DNA of 63,445 nucleotides, counting the filler, from Diploschistes diacapsis (lineage: Eukaryota), in assembly GCA_023645945.1 (NCBI GenBank). It is 23 parts of 23 records of this genome, joined end to end, with 100 filler letters (N's around TTAATTAATTAA, not from the genome) between each part and the next. Parts side by side here need not be neighbours in the genome. Positions count along the whole stretch, not along the records: positions 11,027 to 12,758 come from JALAIB010002679.1; positions 12,859 to 36,078 come from JALAIB010000268.1; 21 more parts are not named here. One strand, written 5' to 3'. Positions 10,927 to 22,810 of this stretch are shown here, piece by piece; position 1 is the stretch's first letter, and the number at the start of each line of letters is the position of its first letter. A model generated the notes under the pieces. It saw nothing but the letters and a program-made list of their open reading frames with translations. It searched no databases and had not been told where the DNA came from. The position numbers were made by a program, and so were the translations under genes.

Positions 10927-12101
10927 NNNNNNNNNNNNNNNNNNNNNNNNNNNNNNNNNNNNNNNNNNNNTTAATTAATTAANNNNNNNNNNNNNNNNNN
11001 NNNNNNNNNNNNNNNNNNNNNNNNNNCGTTAATCTTTCGGAAATTTATTATAAAATATACGCATCTTAAACGAGATAAAAAGAAATTAAATTTCTTACTA
11101 TAATTAAACTTATTTAAATCATTATTAATCTGATTATACCATATGTTAAAATTTTAGAAACCTTTAAAAATATATATAAATTAAAACGAATGTTTTAAGA
11201 TAAAACGATTTATTTTATTAATATATAATAATTATTTATAAAATTATTATATATTACGATTTATAAACGTTTATAATTTATATATTTATGTTTTACGTAT
11301 TAGGGACCGATACTGACCCCGTACGTTAATTAATCGGAATTATAGCGGTAAATTTCTCGTTTAACGACGGATTTATATCCGTACTTTTTACGCGGAATTA
11401 GCAGAAGAATATCGGGATTTTTACGGGAATTTTTCGAAGACGTGAACAGCGGCTCTATAAGTTTACAGCTAAAAAATCATAAAAATTATTTATGATAACT
11501 CGCTGGAAACGGAAGATCTTAGTTTTAATACCGCGTAAAGACCGTAGGCCTATATAAGAGGAGTGTTCGCAAGAAACTTCCTACTTTCTTTTTTAGAGAT
11601 TAGTTCATGAATACCACCATTATAACTATTACACTGCTGCATATCCTATCTTACAGTAATACTAATAATCATATCTTTATTTTATTACATCTCATAGAAA
11701 AAAATGCTGGCTCGAATTTGAATGAAACACATGCAAACCCTTAGCATTTATTTGTTGTAATATACGTTGCAAAAGTTAAAAGATTTATCTTGGCCCCTTG
11801 GCACTTTTCTTCGGCAACAATAGTTAGTTTTTTTCTATTAATCTTAAAGTATTTTTAAGCGTTTGAAGGCCTATTTCGAGTTTTTAATGTAGACGTTCAA
11901 TGTAATAACAAGATCTCGTCTGTTTCGTTTTATTGCAAGTAGAAGAAGGTCCTCAATTGAAATAACAAGTGGCTAAGATATATTTTGGGTTAATCCTAAC
12001 TAGAAAATAATTTCTAGCCTGCCTAACCTACTTAGCTGATTATTATTCAGTGATGCTATTGATGATGATGAAGGTGATAACTATAAATAATGGGAGGTGA
12101 G

Positions 12102-12758
12102 TGTTATGATCTCTATCTCTATAAAGTAGACACGAGGTATCGATCAAAGGTTTAGTCTCGTATAAAAGAGGAATATAGAAAAAAGAAAAAGGTAAAATAT
12201 TTTACAGGTCTCGACTGTCTCGAAAGAAAGTTTAGTAATGAAAGTTATTGATTATTCTATTGATCTATCGTTAAGTATAATATAAGGTTTAAATACACCG
12301 AGCTTAAGAAGGCCGGGAAAAAAGATTTATCTTATAAACTTCTTTTCCACTAGACGTTCACGATTGATTATTTATTATAAAGCCGTCGAGTAAATAACGA
12401 TACACGCTCGCGGTTTACGAAAATAAACGCGATTACTGAGCGAATTACGTAACTCTACCCATCCTGCTAGCGAAGTACAATTAAATACAATAAATGATTA
12501 GAACGTGACGAGGTCGGGACCTCGGTGTTACGATCCAAGTGACTAGGTGGTAATCCACTTGGCATTTCACAGCTGATCGGGCATTTCCTAACCATTCCTT
12601 GTATATAATCTAATCATGGTGACATCGGTCACGTAATAAATAAAAAGCCTCGGAGGTTATTTTATCTTTCTATAAATAAAACGGGAGAATGGTAATTCTA
12701 TTTATTTATTAATTTATTCCGTTAGGAAGTAGTTGGTTATATAAAAACGTCGCTATAG
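12102..12758. mobile_element. Two family C LTR fragments in opposite orientation (12102- minus; 12526-12758 plus)
   Basis: TGTTATGATCTCTATCTCT matches 41674; TGTTACGATCCAAGTGACTAGG matches 43670. Confidence 0.75.
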
Positions 12759-13009
12759 NNNNNNNNNNNNNNNNNNNNNNNNNNNNNNNNNNNNNNNNNN
12801 NNTTAATTAATTAANNNNNNNNNNNNNNNNNNNNNNNNNNNNNNNNNNNNNNNNNNNNGTCCTGGATACAAGCAGCTCTTCGAAGAGCTTGCAAAGAGTT
12901 GCCAGGCTCTCGGCACTTGGTCAACACAATACCCTGCCTACTCCTCGCTGAAACGTCCAACCTGCCTGACCTTCGCCCAGCTTTCTGCTGATTCATCCGG
13001 TAGCGACTT

Positions 13010-14150
13010 TCAAGCGTCCTCGTCTTCCGCGGCGCCCTCGATATGATACGCCAGACACTCGTTCTGATATGTGTCAGCAAATACAACAACCGAGTCAATT
13101 GTCTTGTGACCGAGCGATGCTGTATTCTGCGCGAGCATGTAACCCACGCCATAGCCGTTCGGGCACCCGACCAGCGCTTTTCCAGGATCGGTGGAAGTTT
13201 GAACTGTGATGCCCGGCCACGGTTCAGGATCTTCGTCGTTCAGGACCTCGCTCACTACAAGCTGAGATACCGGGTTGTCGACGTCCTGGTGGATTATCCA
13301 CTGAAGCCGTCCCATGCACGTTTCATCGTCGTTGCAGGCCTTTCGATAGCACAGGAAGGTGTAGTCGGATAGTCGACGGAGGGGAGGATTGGTCTTGGGT
13401 GGTGGGCTTCCAGACTTAATCATCGGGTCTAACGGTGCACGCACGTTGGTCGCGACAATGACGCCAGCGACGCTGCTTATCCAGATTTGATACCATGCCT
13501 CGTACGTGAATTCGGGAGCGTTTGGTTCTGGGACCCAGTCTTGAGGATACTGATAGCGAGTGCGCCTGGTTAGCTCCAGTATACCCTTTCCAAGAGCTTG
13601 CAGAGATACAGACGATCATGCGGAACTGCTGGAAATCAAGCTTGTTCCAGCCCTTGGCTTGGAGAAGCCCGTCGAGGCTGTCTTCGAAACCAGTGGGGTT
13701 CATTGGCCTCCACCCGCTACTAGCGATCTGATCGAAATTTGTGTATTGCGAGGCAGCTATACCCGTTGCGAGTAGGTCAAACGTACACGAGCCCCGGACA
13801 ACACACTACAGGAGTTGTTCAGATCAGCGAGCCATTCAGTCCAGAGACAGCTCACATCCTGATATGTCTTCACCGCACGTTTTGATATAGCATTATTAGT
13901 TCTCGGTATGAAAGTGGTGTTATCGACAAAGTTCGTGGCCAGCGATACTGTCTTGATCCGGAGCTAGGAGCTCGATTTAGTAGATTATAGGAGATTGAAC
14001 AAAGCAATCCTTACCTACCGCGCTCTCATCTCCACGGCCAGCAGCAATGCGATACACGGATGCCGCCACCCCATAAGAAGGCAACTTCTGTGCAATGAAG
14101 AGAACAGGTACAAGTAACGATGTGATCAAGGCGTGCCCCATCCTCTGCAT
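13010..14150 (-). CDS. Probable secreted hypothetical fungal protein, multi-exon
   Basis: ATG at 14150 gives MQRMGHALITSLLVPVLFIAQ (hydrophobic leader). GT..AG introns lie near 14018-13965 and 13856-13807, with a third near 13615. A KR (Kex2-like) site is present. Last exon ...WPGITV...GKALVGCPNGYGVGYMLAQ...LGHKTI...*. Confidence 0.6.
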
Positions 14151-14693
14151 GTTTGCTGATTGTAGAGTATCTCCAGAAAATGAGGAGAGATCGTGGAATA
14201 TGAGAGATATGGGCTAGGGGGACGAGGAGCGTCCAAATAAACTCAATGAGAAGACTCGAGCTAACTCTCGTAGTACAACGTCTGGAACATATTGACATTC
14301 TTTGATGTGGAGAATAACGCGTATTTTCGCGTCCAGCAGGCAGTTAATTGCCAGCGAGATGGTTCTGTTCAATGTAATAGCAGAGTCTGCGAGTGTTTTC
14401 AACCTCCTCTGAAGTACAGCAACCATACGGCATATGAAGTCAAAGAGTTCACAGTTTGATAAACCACTGTCGTGCTAAAAAGACTGTAGGATGATAAAAT
14501 ACCCATCTGAACCAAACTTACTATGAGATTTAGGAAGCTACCTGACAAAGCGTAGAGGTAGTTGTTGTATGGACAAGCGATATGGAAAGTGGATGTCACC
14601 CATGCACATTTGGTATCGCGCTCAGGTGCTGAGTAAGCGAGAAATCTAATTCTCTACTCTCTCCATCTCCAGTCCCGCGCTCCTTGTTATACT

Positions 14694-15755
14694 CTATTCA
14701 TCATCCTTGAAGAACACCTTAACAGGTAACCAAGCGTCTCCGCAGACCTTGAAGCGATCCGGAAGTGAATCCAACTGCTTCACCTCCTCCGAATCCAGCG
14801 TCCACCCATCCAGCTCAAAGTTGCTCTCGATCCGGCTGGGCGTCACACTCTTCGGGATAACGCTCCAGCCCTTCTGCACTCCCCACTTCAGGAGGACCTG
14901 AGCCGTCGTCTTCCCCTTCTTCTCCGCGATGCCGGCAAGCGTCTTATCCTTCGCTAAGGGGCTGTCCGTGCTGCCGAGGCACGAGTAGCCGGTGCAGTGG
15001 ATGCCCTTCTTCGCGCAATACTCGACCAGCTTCGGCGAGGGGCAGTTGGGGTGCAGCTCGATCTGGTTGACCGCGGGCACGGTCTTACAGCTAGGGTCGT
15101 TGAGCAGGATCTCGAGGTTCTTGATGCCGAAGTTGGAGACGCCGATGGCCTTGACTTTGCCGGTTTCGGGAAGCTTTTGCATTTCTTGCCAGGTTTTTAT
15201 GAAATCCCAATCTGGAAGATGCTTCTTGGTGTCTTTGGGGTCGGTGGAGGAGGGCCAGTGCTGGATTCTGTTAGGACGGTTGTGTGGGTCCCTGCTTTTG
15301 AGCTTACCATGAGGTAGAGATCTACATAATCGGTTCCGAGGGACTTGAGAGAGGAGTCGATACCGTCCGTGACCCGATGGTGCCAGGTGTTGTCGAGCTT
15401 GGTGACGAGGAATATCTCCTTCCTCGGAACGCCAGAGTCCTTGATTCCTTCGCCAACCTCCTTCTCGTTGCCGTATGCAAGGGCCGTGTCGATATGACGG
15501 TAGCCTTTCTGCAGTGCTACCTTGACAGCTGTGCGAACCTATCCAACAGTCAATTCTACTTGTGCATCCTCAATCTATGGTGGGTACCTCATTTGGGCGT
15601 GACTGCCAGGTGCCGAGGCCAAGGGCAGGAATACTGGCTCCAGTGTTGAGCTTGAAAGAGTATCTGGATAACGTTGCGCCTTAGCATTGAGCAATTATGG
15701 TGTCATTGCCACTCAATATGGGGTGAGAAACTCACGTTGTGACATTTTCAGCCAT
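14694..15755 (-). CDS. NADP(H)-dependent aldo-keto reductase (Gcy1/glycerol dehydrogenase-like), 4 exons
   Basis: FKLNTGASIPALGLGTWQ, GYRHIDTALAYGNEKEVGEGI, IFLVTKLDN, DYVDLYLM/HWP, GKVKAIGVSNF, PAVNQIELHP and SVIPKS; canonical introns. Confidence 0.93.
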
Positions 15756-16144
15756 GGCTACTGTTGGGCTTTTTTGAGGATATAGTAAGTCCAGTCAAAT
15801 GCTGAAGAAAGTGAAAGGAATTGAATGTCTGTCATGAAAATTTCCACAAGTATGATATCACAGTGCAACAAGCAGAAGACCAGCCAGTTGGCATAGATAT
15901 CTCAATGTGAGCCCCACCTATGACTTCGATATCCGCGCTTGACCTGCCAGTTTAGGTCATATACCACGTGATAACACGTGTTTCTGCTGGATGGGCTTAA
16001 ACGAGCCCTGGTATCTGGCGCAGTCACGCACGACTCTGAAATGCTGATCGGATAAGGAAAGTCACCTTTTGCAGTGATGGTTTCTTCCTCGTAGCTATCC
16101 TAAGCATTGTGAGAAAGTCCAATTGTTCGAAACAGTCGAGAGCT

Positions 16145-17988
16145 TCACGCCTCTTCTTCGTCTAGCGCAATGATATCAGGCAGATCACGGAGGTCTACGC
16201 TCTCGTTGTTGCTGATGTCTGTTGCTCTGATACCCTCCATATGTATGAAGCCTTGCATGAGCGGTAAGAACTCCATCTCGGCCGCAAAGCATGCCCCGGG
16301 ATTGAGAGGTCTGCGCTCATTAGCTATGTAGCTTGAAGGTGCATTAAACGTACCCAACCCTGAGATCCGAATTTAAGCAAACCAGCTGAGTACCCTCAGG
16401 GGCTTGCGACTTGATCTTAGTGTACAAACGATTATCGTCAACGAACGGATCAGCAACCGATGCTCCATGATTCCCAGGAGTAGTATTGATAGACGTTGGC
16501 CTTGAAGAGATTCGTTTCTCTCCACCACTCTTGCGTTTGGACAACATCGTTAAAGTAAGTCTCCTTTGTCCAGAGGACCTGTTGATTACGAAAATGTCCC
16601 ATTTGAATGGTTTGCCAACATATACTTCTTTCGGGGCATTGAATTGCATTATGATACCCATGTCCCCTTCTTGCCTCAACCCTGGAGCGCCTTGTAGAGC
16701 CGGCGTGGGAATAACAGGAGCTGGCTTACTATTACTTGGGTTTGATAGTGATGTTCTGTTATTGTCCGCGTTTGCAGACACCCTGAAGTCAGCATTCGCC
16801 TTGAAGCGGATCTCGATGCGAGGATAGCATGCATGTGATACATGTACGCGGACGTTGATGGTCACGTCTAGCGTCTGAGATAAATTCGGAAATGGCGTGC
16901 CAATACTCGATGTTATTGGTGATAGAGAATAGAGGCGTACAATACTGCCTCTTGGCTGGCAAAAGAGTGGAAATCCTTGCAGCTCTTCATCATCTAAACT
17001 GCTGACAGTTCCGTTTACCAGATGTAGTTTAGCATCCAGAATTTCGATAGGATGCAGTGCGAATCCAGGAATATCAAGCTCAAGAGCAGCAATGAGGCTT
17101 GGCTGGCCAATTCGAAATGGGAATCGATGAAACCGTACTCTGGAACTAAGTGCCGGAATGGCACGAATTGGCCTCCTAGAAACGACCTCGATTGGCAAGA
17201 TCTCCTGGTGTAGAACCCCACCGGCCGCAGACCTCCTCGACAAGCGAAGAGTCGAGAGCTGTGGCACCATGCCATGAAGAGTTGGATCTTTTTGAAGAGG
17301 CTGCAGAATGTTTGAAGGAAATGGGATTCCATCCGGCAAGTACGGCTCTGAGAGGTGGTCTTTGCTAGAGCGAGAGGGCTGTAGTGACGCGGACACCTTG
17401 AGTATAACAGCAGGTGCTTGGAGTCTGATTTTTGGACGACCTGGAGCTTTCAATACAGACATATAGGCGCAGAGCAAATTTAATACTTAGAGTTGCAGAA
17501 ATTTTCCATATCAACAGGACGTCTTGACGCTCTTGCTCACCACCTGATCCCGTAACAATGGTAACTGGGTCCTCAGACACGTCTACTTTCCCAGACCAAA
17601 TGACATCTCGAGGCTGGTTTCCGGATGAAACTGGCCGTTCACCTGTCGGTGTAGCAATGTTGGGCGAGCTCACAGCATGAGCTTCTACAGTTATTGCTAG
17701 CCTAGGAATTCGGGCTTTGAGTGAGGCTTCATCTTTATAGGCAGTCCGAAGAATAAGATATGCAGGGAGAACTTCGTCTTTAAATGCATGTGAATACCTT
17801 CATGAATGACATAAAACAACTGGGAGAAGCGTACCAAAGAATAGCAGACTCCTTTGAAGCACGGAGGATATCAGTGCAGACTCATCCTTGTCCGCGGCTG
17901 CTTTCAAGATCTCCTCGATACTTGAATTGGATGATTCAGGGACGAGGATTTCCACGAGTGATGCTCTGACGAAGTCTGCATCTGTCAT
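16145..17988 (-). CDS. TRS65: TRAPPII-specific subunit Trs65, multi-exon
   Basis: Fungal Trs65 pattern: N-terminal ...QRSLLFF/DE..; C-terminal VYVGKPFKWDIFVINRS and LVCLNSDLRVG/PLNPGAC...EFLPL..G...IRATD...DLRDLPDI. Confidence 0.8.
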
Positions 17989-18411
17989 TGTTATGTTGGT
18001 GCGCACTTCGGTCCTCAAAATCAGAGCGGGTTCTAATCTGAAGCCAAGGAAACCAATTATCACAAATTGCCCATTATCAAGATGCATACACAGTCGGGCA
18101 AGTGCCCACACCCATCTGCCAATACCTTATGGTACGCCTAATCTTTTCGGCTTCTGAATTTGGGCATATTTGGTTAGGAAAGTGTGCGCTATAGAGTTAA
18201 AATCGAGAACGGAGGATAAAGAAATACCTCGCATGTGCTCAGTTCTGTGTACTGAGTTGAGGATCGGTAGAATTTCGGGCCGACGGGACAGCTTTTCAGT
18301 CTCAACCAAAATTTCCTTTCAAATACACCACCAAAGTGAAACCATAGTCGCCTGCAAAACGTAGCTCATCATTGAGTTCTGTTTCATATAAGGCGAAGAT
18401 TTGCGCTCAAC

Positions 18412-20855
18412 ATGAATGGTGTCAATGGTGCAGCCGGCTCAGGCCTGTGGCAGGAAGCACGCAACGCAGACGGGAGAGTATACTACTACAACACTCAGAC
18501 GAAGGCGACGCAATGGACAAAACCGACGGAGCTCATGACGGCTTCAGAAGTACGTAGGGTGCTGCCTGCAAAACTGAAAGTTAGCTGATCGAGATAGCGC
18601 GCTCTTGCAACCCAGCCATGGAAGGAGTATACTGCAGAAGGTGGGCGGAAATACTGGTACAATACAGAGACCAAGCAGAGCACTTGGGAAATGCCAGAAG
18701 TTTACAAGAGTGCATTGTCTCAAGTACCTTCACTGCCTGCAAAACCAGTTACTCCGTGAGTATATTGGAATCTATCAACAAGGGAAGTTGCTAATATCTT
18801 GAAAGCGCGAATCAGTTCGTGGCAGGTGGTGGAGCCTCCTTCCCCCCTTTTCAACAGGCAGGCAAAGATGAGTTGGGGGACCGTATAGGTCCAGACAGGC
18901 AAATCGGATTTGGACAAAGTGACTCGCTACGTAGTGGGGGCCCTACATTCCAGAAATCAACAGATCCTGAGTACAACACGTATGAGGAGGCGGAAGCGGC
19001 TTTCGTCAAGTTGCTGAAGAGGTCGAATGTTCAGCCCGACTGGACGTGGGAGCAGGTCATGCGTGCAACGATCAAAGACCCTCAATTTCGAGCCGTGAAG
19101 GACCCTAGGGACAGAAAAGCTGCCTTTGAGAAATATGTGAGTGAGGTCCGGTTGCAGGAGAAGGATCGGGCGAAGGAGAGGCTCGCCAAGCTTCGTGCAG
19201 ACTTCGGTGCAATGTTGAGAAGCCACCCCGAGATCAAACACTACACTCGCTGGAAGACTGCACGTCCCATCCTTGAACACGAAGCTATCTTCCGGTCTAC
19301 AGATGATGACAATGAGCGCAGGCAGCTATTTGAAGAGTACATCGTTGAAGTAAAGAAAGCGAACGTTGAGCGAGAGGCCGTGACGAGGAAGTCCGCCATG
19401 GATGAACTTGTCAATATCCTCAAGGCGCTTGATTTGGAGCCCTATACGAGATGGTCTGAAGCCCACAACAAGATCGAGTCGAACGAGAGATTTGCTTCGC
19501 ATGACAAGTTCCGCACTTTGAGCAAATCGGATATCCTAACAGCTTTTGAGAACCACATCAAATCTCTCGAGCGGCAATTCAACGATGAGCGACAGCGCGA
19601 TAAATCTTTAAAAGCCCGTCGGGAAAGACAGAATCGTGATCGATTCATCTCTCTTCTGCAGGAGCTGAAAGGTGCTGGTAAGATTCGGGCCGGTACACAA
19701 TGGATGGAGATCCACCCGGATATCGAATCAGATGAACGCTATACCGCTATGCTTAGCCAGGCGGGCTCCACACCGCTCGATCTCTTCTGGGACGCTGTCG
19801 AAGAAGAAGAACGCGCCCTTCGTTTGATCCGTAACGACGTCTATGATGTCCTCGAAGACCGCCGCTATGAAATCACCCCCGAAACCACCTTTTCGCGCTT
19901 CCAAAAAGAAATGTCCGCCAATGACCGCACGAAGTTCATCCCCCAAGAAACCCTCCAGCTCCTCTTTGAACGCCTTCTTGATAAGGTAAAGCGCCGTAAT
20001 GAAGAAAACAAGCACGCATCCGAGCGCCACGACCGTCGCGCAATCGACACCCTTCGCTCCCGCATTAAGCACCTCGATAACCCACCCGTCTGCCACGACT
20101 CTACCTGGGACTCTATTCGCCCGCGCATTGCGCACCTAGAGGAGTACAAAGCGCTCGACTCGGAAGACCTCCGCCGCCAGGCCTTTGACAAGGTCATTCG
20201 CCGTCTTAAAGAAAAAGAAGACGATGTCGAACGGGAGCGCGAGGCGCGCAGTAGGCGGATTGAGCATAGAGAGCATGATCGGGATCGTGAACGCATCGAA
20301 AGGGATCGAGACAGGCACGGGAGCCGCCACGCCAAGCATGCAAGCAGGACGCCGGAGCCGGATGCGTATGAGGCGGATCGGCGCAAAGCGATGGCCGATC
20401 GTGAGAGACAATATCGTAAGGGCGGCGCGACGGGTCTCTCACCGCCTGGTCGTGACAGACGTTTGGTGGAGCACGCCGACCGCCGCGCGGCTGAGGGACG
20501 ACTGGTGGATTACCGGGACCGCAGCGAGCGGGAGAGACGTGACAGCCATCGGGAGAGGGAAGATGATCGCGAGAGGTCGTACCGGGCCCGAGACCCGCGT
20601 GGAACTGCAAGGGCGGAGGAGCTAGACTACGGAGGAGCAGTTAGTGCAAGCGGAGGCAGGAGACGCAGGGGTGGTGAGAGCGAGGATGAAAGCGTGGGCA
20701 GTCGGAAAAGGCTCAAGAGGGATAGAGAGCGAGATCGGGACCGGGAGAGGGAGAGAGAGAAGGAAAAGCAGAAGGAAGAAGAGGAGAGGAAGGCGAAGAA
20801 GGAAGAGGTGGCAATGCACTCCGGGAGCGAGGAAGGAGAGATGGTCGAGGACTAA
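18412..20855 (+). CDS. PRP40: U1 snRNP-associated splicing factor Prp40 (2 WW + FF domains), 2 introns
   Basis: WW1 [28 protein letters not shown]2 [28 protein letters not shown] repeats ([22 protein letters not shown]..., RKAAFEKY); R/E/D-rich tail ending SEEGEMVED*. Confidence 0.93.
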
Positions 20856-21454
20856 TCTCTTAGTAACGGTTCAGGGTGAAGCACGTACGTATTGCCTGAG
20901 TTGTCACTACGGTCACTACTCTGCGTGACAGGGAGTTCGAAAACTGCGCTCGGCTTTGCATGCTTGATGGGTTGCGCTGGCTAGGCGGCGGTAAACGCAT
21001 TGACTGGATTTTTGCTTCCGGGAACTTTGGGAGCCTCCCAGGTACGTCAATTTGCAGTTTCGGCTTGCATCTACTAATCCAGGTTCGAAATGTGTAATTT
21101 TCATTTCCTCAATGCTTGCAAGCTATCTCTCTATGGAGGATGAATATGTTGCACACGGAGAATCTCTGTGGTGGTCGATCGCAATAACAGGGGTTTTTAC
21201 TGTCAATTCTAATAGCTGCAGCCTACGATGGTTGATTTTAATCGTGTGTGATTGATTTCATTAAATAAAAGTACCCGATTCAACCCATCCTCATATGTAG
21301 GGCAAAGAAACATTTGCAGCAATTCCGCTCACCGGGTAATGTCTTCTCAATGCTACAAACGCAGCTTAAAATTAGCTTCCTATAGAGGAGGTGGGAGACA
21401 CCCCCGCTAGACCCTAAAAGATCATGTGGATTCGAGTTTTTAGCTGTAGACACG

Positions 21455-21481
21455 TGCTGTCATGCTGTCATGCTGTCATGC
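21455..21481 (+). repeat. 8-bp tandem repeat (TGCTGTCA)x3
   Basis: gtgctgtcatgctgtcatgctgtcatgc in intergenic DNA. Confidence 0.8.
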
Positions 21482-22810
21482 GTCTATATTCCACATTGCT
21501 GCCAAGGACTTGGAAGCAAATAAATTTGGAGTATATGAGTTATAACATAATGCTTGAGCATCTGCCCCATCGGATCTGACAGCGGTCTGAGTCAGGCTTG
21601 AGGTTTCAACTTAGAGAATCTTCAACGCTGTGATTTTGTGAGGCCTGACCAGGCTTATAAACCAGCAAGCGATATACTTCGAAGCGGTTGGCTGTGTACG
21701 AGGCCTACATTGGTTTCCATAAGTAACGGGCAAAAATAGAGAGAAAGCAAGACAGTCATATTGTGACACCAACTGCCTACTTCTTAGAAAGAGTCTGCCG
21801 CTGATGTTTGGAATCAGGTATCACTCTGGACGCAAGGTTGAAGAGGACTCTTAAGTACTGTTGGCGGCTTTTGTTACTTAGCACTTGTGCTGTTGACAAT
21901 GGCCATGCTGAGACTTGGAAATTTTATGGGCTTCTCAGCCGTTTTGGCGTTGAAATATGTGCTAGCTTTAGGCAAGCTTCGCGTTGACGATAGTAGACAT
22001 ACACTGTCAAAGCTTTTTGGGCTTAAGAGTAGACTGTGCCAGTTACTGTATCAGCTAAAGCCCTCAAGAACCGCCAATGTGAACGTACTTTTCCATAGGT
22101 AGACACGAGAATATGTACCTTCATGCAGATAGGTATCTGGATATATATAAGGCGGAGAAGAAAGGCCGACAGCAACTGGGTAGGGCGGGAACTGGTAGGG
22201 CGGGCAGCGACATGGCAGTGGACTTAAGGCTGACTTGTCCAGATCAAAATTAGTTCTATTTTCTACCTAAAGAAACTTACCGCTTCTGTCACTGACTACT
22301 ACTTTACCTCACACCACCTCGTTCTTCCATATTGATCTTCGACCACAACGACGACCCTTCCTGTTTGTGTGGTGACGACCTGATACAATGCGTTGAAGCA
22401 TGGCTTGTACGTTCCAACTCCCTTTGTTCAGCTGCTTCTGCTAGGGAGCTTGTCTCCCTCACAACGGAATCTGGGTCCAATACACTCCGGCGCTCCATCT
22501 GATAATCATCATATATCATCTCAAACCCTTCGCTACTCATGAATATCGTTTTTCTCTGCCATATTCGGCATGAGGTAGCGCTTTAAACTTGCAATTTCCC
22601 GCTTAGCTTTGCGGTATACCGCTGGAGCTGGCTCCTGGCCGGTCACCAAATCATCGATATCATCACTAAGCCATCTAATGCCATGTTGAAAACACCTTAC
22701 ACACTTACACACTAGTTGTTTCCGTATTTTAATCATGCAAGTATTGTCGCCAGCTACAGAAATGGTCTCACTGCTATTCTGCTACCTACGCGACACACCA
22801 GTGGTTCCCA

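Noticed and set aside
9194..17988. Apparent clustering of two TRAPP genes (TRS31, TRS65), and of splicing genes (RS-rich protein, PRP40, ZNF830-like)
   Set aside because: They lie on different contigs joined arbitrarily, so no linkage can be inferred.
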